A DNA stretch of 58,837 nucleotides from Thermoanaerobaculia bacterium (GTDB lineage Bacteria; Acidobacteriota; Thermoanaerobaculia; UBA5066). Positions 54,715 through 58,837 of the stretch are shown piece after piece (positions within the stretch are counted from its first letter, which is position 1; each line of letters opens with the position of its first letter). A program made the translations under genes and the position numbers. The notes beneath the pieces were generated by a model, which ran no database searches, was not told the DNA's origin, and worked only from the letters and a program-made list of their open reading frames with translations. Location: the NCBI GenBank assembly GCA_041482235.1, contig JBGPDK010000003.1:1-58837 (forward strand), in the 5' to 3' direction.

Positions 54715-55766
54715 AGCAGGGGCGCGGGCGACGGCTCCGCGTCGGGTGCGGGTTGCGGGGCTTCCGGAGTCGTCGAGGCCGGGGCCGAAGCGCGGGCCTC
54801 CTTCGAGCGCGTGAGATAAGCCGAGGCCGCGCCGAGGTGCCCCGCGCGCGTGAGAATCCGGAGCAGGACGACGAGCTGCTGGCCGGCGAGAATCAGGGCG
54901 AAATCGCCGAGCTCTTTGCCATCCCATACGGGACCGACGAACAGCCACACCAGGAGTGGGAGGACACCGAGCGCGGCAAAGAGGATCTCGAGCGCCAGGG
55001 TGCGCACGGGCCGCCCGAGGACGAACCCGAAGCCGGTCATCAGGGCGGCGAACGGATTCGTGGTCCCCTGGCCCAGCGCCGCGCGCGCGTAGAGCACGAC
55101 GAGCCGCAGGTATCCCGCCGCGAGTAGGAAAGCCCCGAGGCGGAGGAGGAGAAGCCCGACAGCCTCCCATTCGTAGCGCAGCTCGTCCGGTTCGTAGAGC
55201 GTGCCCGGCGCCGCGTAGATCCAGCGGTACGCGGCGAGGAGGCCCGCGAGCGAAAGCGCTCCGTAAAGGAGAGAAGGGACCGCAAGACGCGCGGCGTCGG
55301 CCCCGAACGCCGCGAGGCTCTTCCGATCGCGCTCGGCGCCGAAGCGTCCGGCGAAGCCGCCGGAGAAGAGGGCGGCGAGGAGCGCCGCGAGCGCTCCGAA
55401 GCCCACCGCGGACCCCGACATGCCGGTCGTGCGGAAGAAGCCCGAGAGCGGCGCCTGCCGCCCCGGCGAGCGGCGCTCTTCTCCCTCGCCCGTCACGACC
55501 TCGTCCCACTTCGAGAGGTCGCCGAGGACGTCCGGCCTCGTGCGCGCGAACGCCATGAAGAACGTGTGAAGGTCAGCGTCCTTCGCCGACAGCCGCTCCG
55601 CCCAGGCGCTCTTGTCCAGCGTTTGGCGGAGCGCGGACGTGAGCGGGTGCGTGAAGGCGGCCGCGAGCGCCGCGTTCAGGACGAGGAGGAGCAGGAGCGC
55701 TTTCCACGTCTCGAGCGCCGAGAAGAGGCCGCGCGCCGCGAGCACGAGCACGGAATCGCGTTTCAA
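54711..55766 (-). CDS. Uncharacterised polytopic membrane protein
   Basis: C-terminal part of ORF 54711..56339; about six hydrophobic helices; TTG 55766 overlaps the M1 stop. Confidence 0.72.
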   Translation of the reverse strand: MKRDSVLVLAARGLFSALETWKALLLLLVLNAALAAAFTHPLTSALRQTLDKSAWAERLSAKDADLHTFFMAFARTRPDVLGDLSKWDEVVTGEGEERRSPGRQAPLSGFFRTTGMSGSAVGFGALAALLAALFSGGFAGRFGAERDRKSLAAFGADAARLAVPSLLYGALSLAGLLAAYRWIYAAPGTLYEPDELRYEWEAVGLLLLRLGAFLLAAGYLRLVVLYARAALGQGTTNPFAALMTGFGFVLGRPVRTLALEILFAALGVLPLLVWLFVGPVWDGKELGDFALILAGQQLVVLLRILTRAGHLGAASAYLTRSKEARASAPASTTPEAPQPAPDAEPSPAPLL

Positions 55767-57775
55767 GAGGCTCCCGCGAAACCGAGGAGCGCGAAAATCT
55801 CGAGGGCGTTCTGCGCCCAGAAGCGCAGGCGCGCCGCCCAGCGGCGCGACGCCGCGGGCGCCTCCTCCGTGAGGCGTCCGTTGTTGAGCGGGTTCGCGTC
55901 GAGGAGGCACTTGCGATCCGGGTCGACCTCCGCCGCGACGAGCTTCGGCCCGGTGATTCGGTAGCGGATCCAGCGCTCGTCGCCGTTCCAGGGGCGGCGC
56001 ATCCGGCTGCCGTCGGCAAAGCGCAGCTCGACCTCCACCGGCCAGGACGCCTCCCCGAGGCGCTGCACGACGGCGAGCGACTCCCAGCCGCCCGCGTCGT
56101 CCTTCGGCGCCACGAGCGCCCGCGCATCTCCTTCGCCCGTGTACCCGGTGACGGGCCGTGCCCGATGCGTGGACGCCGACGTCACGGCATAGTCGAGGGG
56201 GCCGGCCGAGCTCCAGATCCCCGCAATCGCGCGCGCGGGCGCCTCTCCAGCGACCTCGCGGACCACCGCGAGAAAGTCGGCCGAGGTCGGGTGCTTGAAC
56301 GCCCAGCGGGTGGCGTACGTCTTCATGACCCTTGCCCACGAGTCCTCGCCGAACGTGCGCTCGGCGGACGCGAGAAGGAGCGCCGTGCGGCTGTAAGCGT
56401 TGACGCGCACGGCGTCTCCGTCGAGCTGACGGAAGGACGGCACGTCCGTCGCATCCGACGACGAGGACTGCGCCCAGCGGTGATAGCGCTCGTTCGGGGC
56501 GACGGGGTACGGGACGGACACGGACGGAAACACGACGGGGAGTCCGAAGAACCGCACGACGAGCGAGGGATCGCCGAACGCCGTCTTCAGCGCGCGGAGC
56601 GTCGCCCAGGTGTTGAAGCCCTCGTCGAGGTGCGCCTCCTCGAATTCGTTCGAGGCGAGGATTCCGTAGAACACCTGATGGCCGAACTCGTGCACCGTCA
56701 CGCTTTCGGGCGAATGCCCGGCCGCGGGCGCGAGCCAGTGCGCGCCGCCCGTGAAGAGCGTCGGGTACTCCATGCCCCCGGTGTGGCTGCCCCAGGGCGG
56801 ATCCACGACGGTGACCATGGGGTAGGGATACGGGAGGTAGCGCGTGCCGTAGCCCGCGAGGGCGGCCTTCACGGCCTTGAGATAGCGGTCCCGCACGCGG
56901 CGGTGGTCCGGCTGCAGGAGAAGGACGATGTCGACGTTCGGAAGGCCGACCGTGCTGAACGTGTCGCGCACGACCTCGAATCGCGGGCAGGCCGTGAACG
57001 CGAAGTCGTGCACGTCCTCGGCCGTGAAATGCACGCGCACGAGGTCGCCGGGGAGGTCGGCCTCGTCCTTGAGGACGCCGGTCGCTCCGACGTGCCCTTT
57101 CACCGCCTTCGGCAGCGTGAGCGTCACGTCGTAGTCACCGAAGTCGGCGAAAAACTCGGTCGCGGCGTGGAATTGGTGCGCGTTCCAGCCGCGGTCGGTG
57201 GCCACGCCCAGTTTCGGAAACCACTGAGCGCCGAAAAGGTAGTCGTCCTTCCAGCCCGTGCGCGCCACCGCGCGGGGAAACCGGCCTTCCCAGTCGACGC
57301 GGAAGACGAGCGTCTCGCCGGGCGACACGGGGCGCGGCAGTGCGACGGCGACGAGCGTCCGGTCGTCGGGATTGCCGTCGTCGGGCGAGACGTACTTCAG
57401 CGACGGCGTCAGGTCGGTGCCGTCCTCGAGGGCGATCCGGTGAATCTCGGTGAAGCTCCACCGACTCGCGTCCTTCGCGCGCATCCCGCGGTCGTTCCGC
57501 CCGCCGCCGCGCGACTGCTCGGTGAGCCACGTGGAGCGGTCGTTTTTCCAGGCGTTGAGGTAGAGGTGGAGCCTGAGGTCTTCGAACGAGAACTGTGTTC
57601 GGTTCGTGAAGCGCACCGTCTCTCGCCCCGTCAGGCCGTGAGCGGCGTTCACCTGCGCCTCGATCGTGTACGACGCGACGGCGGCGGCGCGTGGCCCCGC
57701 CTCGGCGCGGGCCGGGACGAGAGTGGAGGCGAGAGCGGCGGCGAGAGAAAGAGTCCGCGGGCGCAGGGGCGTCAC
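55763..57775 (-). CDS. Secreted M1-family zinc aminopeptidase
   Basis: GGMEYP; HEFGH followed 18 residues later by E (LDEG); signal peptide. Confidence 0.92.
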   Translation of the reverse strand: MTPLRPRTLSLAAALASTLVPARAEAGPRAAAVASYTIEAQVNAAHGLTGRETVRFTNRTQFSFEDLRLHLYLNAWKNDRSTWLTEQSRGGGRNDRGMRAKDASRWSFTEIHRIALEDGTDLTPSLKYVSPDDGNPDDRTLVAVALPRPVSPGETLVFRVDWEGRFPRAVARTGWKDDYLFGAQWFPKLGVATDRGWNAHQFHAATEFFADFGDYDVTLTLPKAVKGHVGATGVLKDEADLPGDLVRVHFTAEDVHDFAFTACPRFEVVRDTFSTVGLPNVDIVLLLQPDHRRVRDRYLKAVKAALAGYGTRYLPYPYPMVTVVDPPWGSHTGGMEYPTLFTGGAHWLAPAAGHSPESVTVHEFGHQVFYGILASNEFEEAHLDEGFNTWATLRALKTAFGDPSLVVRFFGLPVVFPSVSVPYPVAPNERYHRWAQSSSSDATDVPSFRQLDGDAVRVNAYSRTALLLASAERTFGEDSWARVMKTYATRWAFKHPTSADFLAVVREVAGEAPARAIAGIWSSAGPLDYAVTSASTHRARPVTGYTGEGDARALVAPKDDAGGWESLAVVQRLGEASWPVEVELRFADGSRMRRPWNGDERWIRYRITGPKLVAAEVDPDRKCLLDANPLNNGRLTEEAPAASRRWAARLRFWAQNALEIFALLGFAGAS

Positions 57776-58837
<1,062 letters not shown>

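Overview
High-GC bacterial chromosome segment (about 70% GC by eye, not computed). The gene content suggests Acidobacteriota, possibly Thermoanaerobaculia; this is inference only. I found about 54 CDS and no rRNA, tRNA, CRISPR array, transposase or integrase. Left to right: (1) An ~11.4 kb minus-strand run that looks like one operon. It joins a thioredoxin, a JAMM peptidase, a ubiquitin-like sulfur carrier, a plant-type cystathionine gamma-synthase homologue and MoeZ to an HTH-PTS EIIA regulator and a six-gene Ehr-type membrane complex whose large subunit lacks the NiFe ligands. (2) A copper-homeostasis island: Cys-rich leader ORF, cusCBA-like genes, copA, a YHS protein, two Met-rich secreted proteins and a multicopper oxidase. 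(3) A DUF481 barrel, mscL and a DCC protein. (4) An eight-gene A-family cytochrome c oxidase operon lacking the K-channel lysine and carrying a Cys-less SCO. (5) smc, a LuxR-type regulator, a degenerate FHA/AAA+ activator and a histidine kinase. (6) A KS/CLF/thioesterase trio. (7) Assorted housekeeping genes ending in a truncated ligA. The strongest lead is a 15-bp stem running from the stop codon of the Cys-rich leader ORF to the base before the cusC-like start codon, burying its Shine-Dalgarno; this is a candidate metal-responsive translational attenuator. All product calls rest on motifs recognised by eye; no database searches were run.
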